Sequence record: MH791411.1
DNA length: 64,000 nucleotides
Strand: one strand, 5' to 3'
Each line of letters starts with the position of its first letter. Within the stretch, counting starts at the first letter, position 1. Below are positions 12,058-21,504 of this stretch, piece after piece. The position numbers were made by a program, and so were the translations under genes. The notes under the pieces were generated by a model, which had not been told where the DNA came from, ran no database searches, and saw nothing but the letters and a program-made list of their open reading frames with translations.

Positions 12058-12221
12058 TCAATATCCTTATTTTTAGTCTCAACAACTTTATATCCAAAGA
12101 AATTTGTAGGAGGCATTCTTCGAAGTAATGGGTAATTTAATCCAGTACTGACTGATGCTACTGCACCTGCTGATGTTGCACCAGCAGAAGCATTTTCTTT
12201 TAGTTTAGTTTTCTTCTTCAT
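12054..12221 (-). CDS. Small protein containing an MCP N-arm-like motif
   Basis: LKENASAGATSAGAVASV vs MCP LNESATSGATTAGNIATL; RBS AAGGGA. Confidence 0.6.
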   Translation of the reverse strand: MKKKTKLKENASAGATSAGAVASVSTGLNYPLLRRMPPTNFFGYKVVETKNKDIE

Positions 12222-12222
12222 A

Positions 12223-12495
12223 TCAATTCCCTTTATTACGTTTTTCATCAAGTGCTATGTTCTCCAAGCCCTTCTGAAACTTTTTATAATCTCGGTTCTT
12301 AATACTAAGAAATAAACGTTTCTTCAAATCTTCAGCATCAGTTTGGTTAAATTCATCTTCGATACTCTCCAATAAATGAATAACAGAGTTGATTGCATGA
12401 TCTGCACGATTACCAAAACTCTGTAACGTATCTTTCTCTGGTGTATAGTCAACTATACTATCAAGTAGATTCTTTTTATTGGATTTACTAGACAT
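12223..12495 (-). CDS. Small hypothetical protein
   Basis: Clean ORF directly after the helicase. Confidence 0.7.
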   Translation of the reverse strand: MSSKSNKKNLLDSIVDYTPEKDTLQSFGNRADHAINSVIHLLESIEDEFNQTDAEDLKKRLFLSIKNRDYKKFQKGLENIALDEKRNKGN

Positions 12496-12498
12496 TCA

Positions 12499-14019
12499 TT
12501 ATTTCCTTTGATTTAACCATTGCTTCATTGCATTTACACGATCAGTACCAATGTGAGGCTGTTGAGGCTGGGATTCAGTTTGTGTAGAAGTGATTGGATC
12601 ACTATCTGTATTTAGTGTTACGCTTTCAACACTTGATGTAGTGCTTGGTTTAGGAGCACCAGAAAGCGTATGACGCAGTGTTTGCATTGTACTTGGTGGC
12701 ATTGCCATGTTACCACCGCCTACCTTAGAGATACCACTGTGACGGAATCCTGACCCATCAGTTTCTAGTTGTTGGATTGTTGTTGCATGGTCTAAAACAC
12801 GAAGTGAATCAATATCGTAAGACATACGCAAACGTGAACCAACTGCACTACTGTTACGTGTTTTCTGGAAGTCAAACCAAAGTTCGCCAGTTTCTTTACG
12901 TGCTTCAATGTAGATAACGTTATCCGCAGTATAGATTTTAGAAATACCACCAGCAATCTGACTTTGACTTTTCTTATCTTCATCCATACCACTACGGTTA
13001 AACTGTGACGCAGTGAATACGGTCAAATCCATTTTGGTTGCTAGTGCACGCAATTCTTCAGATACAAATTTATCTTTTGTAAATGTATTAGATTTATCAT
13101 TAGGACCAAGACGATTTGATGTTAATAGGTCAAGGTAGTCCACACAAACATAATCTAATTTGACTTCCATTTTAATTTGCAATTCACGAAGATAACTTTC
13201 AATATCATCAGTGGTTGTTACGGATTCTGGTAAACGTTTAATACGCAATATACCACTATCCTTACCTTCCATTTGAACTCGTAGACCAATCTTTTCAGCT
13301 TCGTTCTTAACGTTACTTAGCTTAGATTCAGTCATCATACCATAGATACGAACGGCTACCAACTCTTCTGCTAGTTCTAGTGAAATGTATGCACCATTCA
13401 TACCAGCCTTAGCAAAGTTAACTGCTAAGTTCTGTAGTACTACTGATTTACCACCACCAGACGCTGCTGCAAAGATTTCAAGTTCACGGCGACCAAAACC
13501 ACCGAATAGTTTATAGTCAAGGGTTTCCCATCCACTCTTGAATGAACCTTGCATAGTGCTCAATGAACGAATGGTATCTTCTGGATTTTCAAAGATATCA
13601 AGACCCAACTCATTCTGTACAGATACTAACATAGCTTCACGAATGAGTTCTTCGATGCCACCATATTTTTTCTGATGTACTAATTCCATACCTTTCTCTA
13701 CTGCTAGAGCTAGAGCTTTGTGACGGCAAAACTCACTACAGGTATCCAGTACTGCCTGTTTATGAAGTTCTTGTACTTCATACTGATCATACTGATAACC
13801 ACCTTTCACTTCGATATCTTTCAGTGTAGGGGATGAACTATATTTTGCTGCATAATCATGAACGTACTGAATACTTTCATGAAATGTTTTATCAAAATAT
13901 TCTGGCTTTAGAATATTTTTACAACGTACAAATAAATCTGGATTACTGAAAACTTGGGATAGTAAGTATTGTTGTGCATTAATCCCATACTGTTTGACGT
14001 CCACTGTGCTTTGAATCAT
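12499..14019 (-). CDS. gp41: Replicative DnaB-like helicase (T4 gp41-like)
   Basis: Walker A AASGGGKS, ISLEL, YVCVDYLDL, SEELRALA, TASQFNR, KTRNS. Confidence 0.93.
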   Translation of the reverse strand: MIQSTVDVKQYGINAQQYLLSQVFSNPDLFVRCKNILKPEYFDKTFHESIQYVHDYAAKYSSSPTLKDIEVKGGYQYDQYEVQELHKQAVLDTCSEFCRHKALALAVEKGMELVHQKKYGGIEELIREAMLVSVQNELGLDIFENPEDTIRSLSTMQGSFKSGWETLDYKLFGGFGRRELEIFAAASGGGKSVVLQNLAVNFAKAGMNGAYISLELAEELVAVRIYGMMTESKLSNVKNEAEKIGLRVQMEGKDSGILRIKRLPESVTTTDDIESYLRELQIKMEVKLDYVCVDYLDLLTSNRLGPNDKSNTFTKDKFVSEELRALATKMDLTVFTASQFNRSGMDEDKKSQSQIAGGISKIYTADNVIYIEARKETGELWFDFQKTRNSSAVGSRLRMSYDIDSLRVLDHATTIQQLETDGSGFRHSGISKVGGGNMAMPPSTMQTLRHTLSGAPKPSTTSSVESVTLNTDSDPITSTQTESQPQQPHIGTDRVNAMKQWLNQRK

Positions 14020-14045
14020 TTATGTTCCCTCATTTATATCCTGTG

Positions 14046-15101
14046 TTACATCCACTTATCCGTTTGTGCTTTAATATAGAAAGGCTCGTCAACTATACTA
14101 TCATGTATCAGTTGTAAACAAAATAATCTTCCAAATCTAGCACATGCTTCGTCAAAATCTTTAATGTGACGTATAGTACTTCCAACACGTACTGCCCCAA
14201 AATCTGGGAAAGAAACACTAAATCCATATTCTAGTGCTTGTTCGATTGTTTGTAATCCATCCTTATCACGGTCTGGTACGATAACAATCTTTTTACCTTT
14301 TTCTTGTGCAGCTTTAAGTACATCTATTTGTACTGCTGACAATTTAAAGTTATTTGCAGAAACACCACCCATTAGTGCTGCATCCATTGGACCTTCACAA
14401 ACTAATATAGTTTTAATTCGTTCATCTTGTAACAGATCATAATTATATAGAATATTAGTACTGACCTGATTAATAAAACGATAGGTACTTCCTGGGTCTT
14501 TAAGTTTGTGTCTAGCAGTATATCCGATAATTTTACCGTTCATAACGTATGGTATGATAAATCGGTCATACATTTTATGTTCTTTAGCTGGACTCCAATA
14601 CAATTCTAAATCTAATAGATATGGATTTCGCTCATTCACATGATTCAGAACACTAATAAATTCTTGTGGTATTTGCTCTTCTGGTAACGATGCCCATTCC
14701 CAGAATGTTTTTGAGTTCGGTGGTAATTCACGAACAGTTACACGTTGATATAGTTTAGATGCAGTAGTTTCTTGTTCTGCAAAGTCTCCACTATCAACCA
14801 TTTCTTTAATGTAAAATTTAGCTAGTTCTATTTCCTTATCCTGTGCACCAAAAGAAATGAGCAAAGACTCCATATCTTTGCTCATATATTTTCCAGGTTG
14901 CCACCCAGTTTTTAGACTACAGTTAAAACAGTTATAAGAAACAGAACCATCTGCGTTAAACATATGATTGCCGCGATTTTTAGTATCGGGGCGTGAATGA
15001 CCACGGAACACACAAGCAGGACAATTGTGATGTGTCCACATACCAATTCCTGGTACTGGGTCATTCATGATTTGTGCCATGATGTTTTGTACAGCGTTCA
15101 T
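14046..15101 (-). CDS. gp61: DNA primase (T4 gp61-like)
   Basis: N-terminal zinc-binding CPAC...CFNC; RFIIPY; TOPRIM CEGPMDA and VPDRDKDG. Confidence 0.9.
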   Translation of the reverse strand: MNAVQNIMAQIMNDPVPGIGMWTHHNCPACVFRGHSRPDTKNRGNHMFNADGSVSYNCFNCSLKTGWQPGKYMSKDMESLLISFGAQDKEIELAKFYIKEMVDSGDFAEQETTASKLYQRVTVRELPPNSKTFWEWASLPEEQIPQEFISVLNHVNERNPYLLDLELYWSPAKEHKMYDRFIIPYVMNGKIIGYTARHKLKDPGSTYRFINQVSTNILYNYDLLQDERIKTILVCEGPMDAALMGGVSANNFKLSAVQIDVLKAAQEKGKKIVIVPDRDKDGLQTIEQALEYGFSVSFPDFGAVRVGSTIRHIKDFDEACARFGRLFCLQLIHDSIVDEPFYIKAQTDKWM

Positions 15102-15130
15102 AATTTAATCCTTGTTATTTCTCACAAATG

Positions 15131-15158
15131 ATTATAGCACAAACACTTGTTTTGTCTC
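15131..15158 (-). promoter_or_regulatory. Phage promoter GAGACA-N16-TATAAT
   Basis: Exact consensus upstream of primase-helicase. Confidence 0.8.
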
Positions 15159-16134
15159 ACCTGCGAATCAAAATTTTAGGAACTGACAGTAGTGGGTCAT
15201 AGACTTTTCTTACTGCCGCATAGTCATAAGGAACTGGAACGATCTTAGGATGAATACAAACAACCAATCGCAACCACATGTAATTACCTTTAAAATTAAA
15301 TGCTTGAATCCCATCTAACGCTTTAGGGAATCCATTTTCATCAATATCATTTTCGATATATTCTTTACCATCCAATTTAACAATAAACCATTTATAGTTT
15401 TCGTTATCAGTTGGTACGTTATTACACAAACATCCTTGTAATTGAATTCTACCAATGAATTTATCAAAGTACATTGCAATAGTACTAAGACCATCAACTA
15501 ATCCGTACTGCATTTGTGCAGGAAGGGGAGATGTTGCCATTATATCAAATTCACCAATAACGCCACGAGCGATTGGTTCATGATACAAGCGTTTGATGGT
15601 AGTCCATGCTGGGTTTTTATTAACAGATACTTCAATACTTGGCACAAACACAGGAGCAGCTTGGTCGGAAATGATCAATTCAGCAGAGGCTTCATAATCA
15701 AGACCAGTGTATAAGTACTGTGTAGGTTCAATCAAGGAACCATCCATTGTTACTTTAGTAATACTCCATCTATATTTTGAACCAGGACTAGTATCCTGAA
15801 TTACACCAGCAGGAACAATACATCCATAATATACTTTTTTACTATTACCTAATGTTTGTCTTGCTTGTCCACTTTCTGATAGCCATGATGGTTTTTGTTT
15901 ATCCAAAACTACATCGAATAATTTAGTATTGTTTCTAGCATCAAAAATCATGAATGTTAGATATTCGTTATCTTTTAGTAATGTATATTTTCCATCAGCG
16001 TTATGCACTGTGAATGATAAATTGTTATTTGCACCTCTGTATATTGTAAGTTTCTCATTGCTATATGGCATATTAAAATTGCCCAATGATACTTCTTGGT
16101 TATAAGGGTACATAAACACGCCGTGATGAGCCAT
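15157..16134 (-). CDS. Hypothetical beta-rich, probable virion structural protein
   Basis: RBS-supported start MAHHGV; late box at 16176-16182. Confidence 0.65.
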   Translation of the reverse strand: MAHHGVFMYPYNQEVSLGNFNMPYSNEKLTIYRGANNNLSFTVHNADGKYTLLKDNEYLTFMIFDARNNTKLFDVVLDKQKPSWLSESGQARQTLGNSKKVYYGCIVPAGVIQDTSPGSKYRWSITKVTMDGSLIEPTQYLYTGLDYEASAELIISDQAAPVFVPSIEVSVNKNPAWTTIKRLYHEPIARGVIGEFDIMATSPLPAQMQYGLVDGLSTIAMYFDKFIGRIQLQGCLCNNVPTDNENYKWFIVKLDGKEYIENDIDENGFPKALDGIQAFNFKGNYMWLRLVVCIHPKIVPVPYDYAAVRKVYDPLLSVPKILIRR

Positions 16135-16147
16135 AGTTTTTCCTTCC

Positions 16148-16182
16148 ATAAATAATAGGTATAAATTTATACTAATATTTAT
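16148..16182. promoter_or_regulatory. Divergent pair of late promoters
   Basis: ATAAATA on + at 16148-16154 and on - at 16176-16182. Confidence 0.55.
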
Positions 16183-16191
16183 GGAACTCAT

Positions 16192-16545
16192 ATGAATCAA
16201 TATAATACTATTCCACCATTTATCACGGTAGTTCAGTGTGATGGTAAAACTTTCATTGGTATTATCAAGATAAAAAGTAAACAGTATACTACTCTTTACT
16301 GCTTTGATGATATGGATGAACCAATGCAAGATGAATTGTTGGGTATAGCACATGATTGGTGGTGGCAAAGCAACAGGTCAATTCCAGTCTGTCTATTCTT
16401 CCAAGAAGAGATGGAGAAATTTGAACCTTACACACAGAGATTCGATACCCCTGCGGTGAATTTCGTTTGTGGTCCAGTAGTTTCTTTAAGTGATTTGCCA
16501 CAAAAACGCATCAAGCGTCGTAATGTGGCTCTTAAGAAGAAGTAA
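16192..16545 (+). CDS. Hypothetical protein (WWWQSNRSIP motif, basic C-terminus)
   Basis: Clean ORF with RBS GGAA and an upstream late box. Confidence 0.75.
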   Translation: MNQYNTIPPFITVVQCDGKTFIGIIKIKSKQYTTLYCFDDMDEPMQDELLGIAHDWWWQSNRSIPVCLFFQEEMEKFEPYTQRFDTPAVNFVCGPVVSLSDLPQKRIKRRNVALKKK

Positions 16546-17170
16546 GATGTTCAACTAAAGCGTTAAGTTGAACTACAATCATTAAGCTGTATGCATAAGC
16601 ATGTGGCTTTTTGAAATATCGTAACTTATTTCCTGCTTGGTCTGTGCCAATAGTACTGTAATCCCATATAGTGGATTCAACTTCACTCCATGTATTCATA
16701 CTTTGGCACTGCCTTTTTCCAGGACGAATCATTGCAATAAACATTGCAAGTTCATCAATGGATTTAGGTTTCCACACATTTAATAATGTAACATGTTTTT
16801 TAATCTGTGAAAGATGTTCAACTATTTCTGGTTCTAACAGAAGATCCCAATTAGGTTCCTGATTCATTAGTTCTTTTAAATGTGCTCTATCACGAACATA
16901 CTGGTAAGCCGATTGTGACAGGATATCTACCTTTTGATATCCCAAGCGTTCGGCTTCTTTATATTGTATGCTGGCTAAACCAGTGATAGGGTCAATTGGT
17001 ATATTATCAAAATGAACACCACTGTTATGGGGGATTAAACCATCCTCCGTAATTTTTTCTGTACTTCGCACACAAGGAAGCTGTGCAATCACTGACTTAC
17101 TATCTTTAAAGTCAATGTCGATATCTGTTCGTGCTTTACGGTACGAATTAGAATTTGTCGAATCCTGCAT
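16532..17170 (-). CDS. Minimal DnaE (PolIII-alpha)-like protein
   Basis: TDIDIDF, HNSGV, GYQKVDIL, IAMIRPG and FKKPHAYAY correspond in order to DnaE PDIDIDF, HAAGV, KxDFLG, LxRPGP and FNKSHxxAY. Confidence 0.75.
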   Translation of the reverse strand: MQDSTNSNSYRKARTDIDIDFKDSKSVIAQLPCVRSTEKITEDGLIPHNSGVHFDNIPIDPITGLASIQYKEAERLGYQKVDILSQSAYQYVRDRAHLKELMNQEPNWDLLLEPEIVEHLSQIKKHVTLLNVWKPKSIDELAMFIAMIRPGKRQCQSMNTWSEVESTIWDYSTIGTDQAGNKLRYFKKPHAYAYSLMIVVQLNALVEHLTSS

Positions 17171-17477
17171 TTTTGATTTGCTCCTGCAATTTGTTTACAG
17201 TGTTAGATAATTTGGTTACCTGATTTTCTAACATTGTACACTTTTGTTTGGTCTTTGACAACTCTTGACTTAGACCAAAGAATCTTTCCTCATGTCTTTC
17301 AACCATACTGATAATTTTTTCTACACGAACAGGATCGTGCACCTGAAAGGTTTTACCATCAAGTGTAATTTCAGTTATAGAACCCTGTCTAAGCAATGAT
17401 AAAGATTTAGATTTATCTGCTTTAGGCACAGGTACATACCCTTCTGGTATTTTATTATATATACTTTTTCCATTCAT
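17148..17477 (-). CDS. Small coiled-coil protein
   Basis: Heptad-rich C-half. Confidence 0.7.
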   Translation of the reverse strand: MNGKSIYNKIPEGYVPVPKADKSKSLSLLRQGSITEITLDGKTFQVHDPVRVEKIISMVERHEERFFGLSQELSKTKQKCTMLENQVTKLSNTVNKLQEQIKNAGFDKF

Positions 17478-18184
17478 AATCCAGCCTCACGTAGCATACT
17501 TTTTATTTCATCACATTCCTTTTTGTACTTTATAGTTTTAACCTCAAAGTAACTAGGATCAATGTATTTAAGTATATACTCGATTTCAGAGTTAGAGAGA
17601 TTCTTGAAAAACTTATTAGTACTTTCTTTTGGTGCTAACCAGATAATCCAAGGTGAAATCTTACCACTCTCAATCCATGCAATTGCACGGGCAGAACTCA
17701 CATTGGAAAAAAACTTATTCCACTCCAAGTTCAGATTCTGACCCCATTCCACCATCGCAACAACACTACGGGAAACCGCAGCATTGGGAGATTCAGAACG
17801 AATACAATCTAATATCCATTCATCCTTTGCTTTATAAGTACTCCATTCCATAATAGGACGGTTTCTTACAATTAGACTTTTCACAAAACCATCAATATCT
17901 AAAATATCACGGTTGTTCAAATAATAAATTGCAAAATCATAAAAATCACTAAAGTACTTTGATTTTATAAAAGCCATTAATGGTTCAACTCCCTTCTTGA
18001 AAGGGAAATGGTTTAACTCCATGAATTGCATATAAATGCGAAAAGCCTCCCTCATGGGGCGGCTATCACGATCTTCGTAGCGGTCACGTTTAACACACTT
18101 ATGTGTGTTAACTGTGTCTTCGCGTTTAAATTCTTTATCACAGAACTTACATTTGTATACGGGACTACTTGATTTCTTTGCCAT
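17474..18184 (-). CDS. Hypothetical protein with N-terminal zinc finger
   Basis: YKCKFCDKEFKREDTVNTHKC. Confidence 0.7.
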   Translation of the reverse strand: MAKKSSSPVYKCKFCDKEFKREDTVNTHKCVKRDRYEDRDSRPMREAFRIYMQFMELNHFPFKKGVEPLMAFIKSKYFSDFYDFAIYYLNNRDILDIDGFVKSLIVRNRPIMEWSTYKAKDEWILDCIRSESPNAAVSRSVVAMVEWGQNLNLEWNKFFSNVSSARAIAWIESGKISPWIIWLAPKESTNKFFKNLSNSEIEYILKYIDPSYFEVKTIKYKKECDEIKSMLREAGL

Positions 18185-19010
18185 ATTTCTTACATTCTTC
18201 TTTAAATAATTTCATCATTGATTTCATTTCTTTCTCTTGCAAACCTATGTCTTCAAGGAAAGACTCGAATGTTTTTTTGTTATATTGCAACAAAACAATT
18301 TTATATTCATCTTCGTTCATTTGAGTTGCGATTGAATCTGGCTGTGTACTTTTAATGAGTTCAAATAATTCATTATTAGCACGCTTAAAACTCTTGGAAA
18401 AGTTTAACCAGTTTCGTGGCAATTCCTTACCACCCAACATATCATGAACAGAACATAGTAGTTGATATACAAGTTCAGGGTGTTCTTTCATATCCCAGAA
18501 CCCATCATTAACCATATCATTCAACATAATCAACTGATAACGTACAACGTCACTGTCAACCAATGAGATGATCTGTCCACCAGCAATACTAAATTCAGTC
18601 ATTGCTGCAATCAACTTGTTAGCATCATCATTGCTTTGTACGGCAAACTTGATACGCCAATCATAGTCACTGTGACAGTACTTAGTAACTGATGTTACAT
18701 TAACACCAGTACTATTGAGTTCTTTGACAAGTTCAGTTAGTGCTTCTTTACCACCAGCTTTCCACTTACCAAATACGTTTTCCACTTTACTACTAGGGAA
18801 AGTTACTTGAAGTGAGTCATCAAGTGAACTTACCCAACGAAGTACGGTATAAGGTGTAAATTCCTTACGCTCATCTTCGGTCATGTCATTATAGTATTTG
18901 TAATCTGCACGGTCAATATGTTTTAGAAATTCAGCAATAGAAAATGTATGCTGGGTTGGTTTATCGTTTTCGTCTACTGACTTAGCTTTAATATTACTGA
19001 AATCTAACAC
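18165..19010 (-). CDS. Probable clamp-loader small subunit (gp62-like) with an internal insertion
   Basis: EERKEFTPYTVLRWVSS-type N-terminal motif and LNDMVN..W..KEHPELVYQLL; located in the replication cluster. Confidence 0.5.
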   Translation of the reverse strand: MLDFSNIKAKSVDENDKPTQHTFSIAEFLKHIDRADYKYYNDMTEDERKEFTPYTVLRWVSSLDDSLQVTFPSSKVENVFGKWKAGGKEALTELVKELNSTGVNVTSVTKYCHSDYDWRIKFAVQSNDDANKLIAAMTEFSIAGGQIISLVDSDVVRYQLIMLNDMVNDGFWDMKEHPELVYQLLCSVHDMLGGKELPRNWLNFSKSFKRANNELFELIKSTQPDSIATQMNEDEYKIVLLQYNKKTFESFLEDIGLQEKEMKSMMKLFKEECKKYGKEIK

Positions 19011-19012
19011 TA

Positions 19013-19510
19013 TTACACTCCTAGATACAAATCTTGAATTTTCTCGTTCTCATCTGCAAAGTAAACACAAGGTGGATTATCACCACTGTGCAGAGGAACA
19101 CATAGTAAGTTCTTCTTAGGCAGCATAGGGATCTGCCACTTAGTAGTGAGTGCGAATACACGCAGTACTTTTACAGGTTCGAACTTAGGATACATCGAAC
19201 GGATTGGATTGTAAACAAAAGCTTTAGGTTCTTTCATATTAAGAATGTTTTCAATGGTACACATCTCAACCATACCCGTCTCTTCATCACCCAACATGAT
19301 TTGCCAACCCAATGGTACTTGGATAATCTTTTCACCAATCTGCAAATCAGCACTGATACTATTAAATGATACAGTGTTCAAAATGTGGCGAAAATAAAAG
19401 TCAGAGTCACCGTTTGGACTCAAATCTAAAACACAATACATTTCTGATGGAATGTGTTCAGTTACTAAATCCATATCAAATGAATTATTTTCTGGGGTTA
19501 ATACGTTCAT
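19013..19510 (-). CDS. Conserved-looking beta-rich hypothetical protein (possible Hint-like fold)
   Basis: Clean ORF; the fold call is an impression only. Confidence 0.6.
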   Translation of the reverse strand: MNVLTPENNSFDMDLVTEHIPSEMYCVLDLSPNGDSDFYFRHILNTVSFNSISADLQIGEKIIQVPLGWQIMLGDEETGMVEMCTIENILNMKEPKAFVYNPIRSMYPKFEPVKVLRVFALTTKWQIPMLPKKNLLCVPLHSGDNPPCVYFADENEKIQDLYLGV

Positions 19511-19519
19511 CTCATCTCC

Positions 19520-19948
19520 TTAGTACTGGGAATCTTCATCTTCATCGTAGTAATCTTCTTCATCTTCATCGGATGTACCATAGAATTCAAGACCATACGT
19601 TTCACACATTTCTTGAATCTTATCAACATCGGTATCTAAGTAAGAATCAAAATTACCACTAAGACTAACAACATCAATAAACGTTGTAGTATCAGTACTT
19701 GCATAGATGATATCATATTTTAATGATTCAACTTTCGAGTCAATTCTGGTTTGCAATTCATAGATATTAATCCATGAATTAGTGTCAATATTACATCTCC
19801 AAACATTAGTATCGTCAGTTTCTAGTTCAGGTATATAGTCAAGTGAAGATACCATGTCATCCATAATACCATCATCATTCAACAATACATCAATTACATC
19901 TAACGTTTCTTGGTCACAGATAAAAGCAATACTAGATCTTAATTCCAT
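19520..19948 (-). CDS. Acidic hypothetical protein
   Basis: D/E-rich C-terminus; follows the promoter at 19984-20011. Confidence 0.7.
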   Translation of the reverse strand: MELRSSIAFICDQETLDVIDVLLNDDGIMDDMVSSLDYIPELETDDTNVWRCNIDTNSWINIYELQTRIDSKVESLKYDIIYASTDTTTFIDVVSLSGNFDSYLDTDVDKIQEMCETYGLEFYGTSDEDEEDYYDEDEDSQY

Positions 19949-19983
19949 TTTTATTTTACTTCCTTGTTGTTGTCATACGACAC

Positions 19984-20011
19984 ATTATATCATGTACAGC
20001 GGGATTATCCC
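19984..20011 (-). promoter_or_regulatory. Phage promoter GGGATA-N16-TATAAT, overlapped by the palindrome CAGCGGGATTATCCCGCTG (19997-20015)
   Basis: Spacing identical to the other copies. Confidence 0.6.
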
Positions 20012-21489
20012 GCTGTATTTTCCCAATCCTTAACATCTATGATACTATGAGGATATTGTGCTTCCTTATAGTATTGTAAACGTTCACGTAAGTGTTTTGC
20101 ACTATATTTGTTTGTACCACTGATATCAAAGATTTCCACGTGGTCTTTGTCTTCTGCACGACGCAACCCACGACCAATGGACTGTATTGTACGAACGAAG
20201 CTTTTTCCTGGTTCGATTAGAACGACATTATACAAACGAGAAATACTGATACCAGTACTTGCTACCCCATAGGTTGCAATGAGTATTTTGTTATCAGCCC
20301 AGCGAATTTCACCATATGAAGATTCACGGTCTTTCTTTTTGGTTTCCCCACGAACAAATTCTGACTTAGGAATACCCAAAAATTCACAAAGCAATTCACC
20401 AGCTTCAAGTCTATCAACCAGTACTAAAGTGTTTCCAGATTCTGCTAACGCACCTATCAGTGATGCTACATATGCCATTCTATCACGGTCAGTAACTAAG
20501 TACTTCAATTCTTCTGCATATGACGCGAACTTTAAATTACTTTTAAGTTTAATACAGTTCACATTACATGTGCTTAGTATTTTTTTATCTTGTAATTCTT
20601 TAGCTGTGATTTTAAATATCACATCACCAACGTTACATTTAATCTTCGCAGCGACAACTTGGTCTTTAGGGATTGTACCAGTTAATCCCCAGCGAAGTGG
20701 GACGTTATTCATAACTTTAGAGAGTACTTGAACTAATGCATCACCACCAGCACCTTGACACTCATCGACAATCACACAAACCACACCATCAATAAAGTCA
20801 TGAACGTCTTGTTCAGTCAGTTCAATTTCACCTTTCTTTGTTTTCTTCCACAAAGAGTTGAATGACTGCCATGTAGTGATTGTGTGTTGGTGACCAAAGT
20901 CTTTCTGTGCACCATAGAACACTCCAGTGTCAAGACCACACATAACATAGTCATCATATGTTTGCTGCACCAAATCAGTACTAGGTACGATAATCACAGA
21001 ACGTCCATACTCTTGTACCTTCTTGGATAATGCCGCTGTGATGAGCGTTTTACCAGCCCCTGTAGCTGCTAATAATAAACCATGTGGGTTTGCAAGGCAA
21101 GCATTAACTGCGTTCACCTGATGCTCTCTGAGCTTGATTGACTTACCTTCCATGTGGTGTCCAGCACCAAACACAACATCACTAAAAATATCTTCATCAA
21201 TTGGTTCAAAATTGAATCCATAATTGACACGATGATCTTCAAGTTCAATATCAATTTTTGCTTCATCTAAGATTGGCAACAACTTATCCAACATGTGGTA
21301 GTAAGTACTGCCACCTAAGTTCATAAACTGTACCTTACCATCCCAACGACCAATACGACCAGCAGGGGTGAACTTAGCGTATGGAAGTACATATTCTGTT
21401 GCACGAATCATCTTCTGACGAATTGAGGGATCTAGTCCCTCAAATTTACAATTAACCTCGTCCAGTAAGGTTAGCTTACAAGTTTTCAT
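20005..21489 (-). CDS. uvsW: UvsW SF2 helicase
   Basis: LREHQ, ATGAGKT, VDECQ, GLTGT, STGISI, QSIGRGLR. Confidence 0.93.
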   Translation of the reverse strand: MKTCKLTLLDEVNCKFEGLDPSIRQKMIRATEYVLPYAKFTPAGRIGRWDGKVQFMNLGGSTYYHMLDKLLPILDEAKIDIELEDHRVNYGFNFEPIDEDIFSDVVFGAGHHMEGKSIKLREHQVNAVNACLANPHGLLLAATGAGKTLITAALSKKVQEYGRSVIIVPSTDLVQQTYDDYVMCGLDTGVFYGAQKDFGHQHTITTWQSFNSLWKKTKKGEIELTEQDVHDFIDGVVCVIVDECQGAGGDALVQVLSKVMNNVPLRWGLTGTIPKDQVVAAKIKCNVGDVIFKITAKELQDKKILSTCNVNCIKLKSNLKFASYAEELKYLVTDRDRMAYVASLIGALAESGNTLVLVDRLEAGELLCEFLGIPKSEFVRGETKKKDRESSYGEIRWADNKILIATYGVASTGISISRLYNVVLIEPGKSFVRTIQSIGRGLRRAEDKDHVEIFDISGTNKYSAKHLRERLQYYKEAQYPHSIIDVKDWENTAG

Positions 21490-21504
21490 CCATGAATACC
21501 TTTA

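Noticed and set aside
15157-16368. Long upstream starts given by the ORF track (also 48094-50499, 50369-51274, 56012-56953, 56893-57714, 29413-30471, 32678-33043)
   Set aside because: The extensions run through promoter or intergenic sequence. Downstream ATGs with an RBS were used instead.
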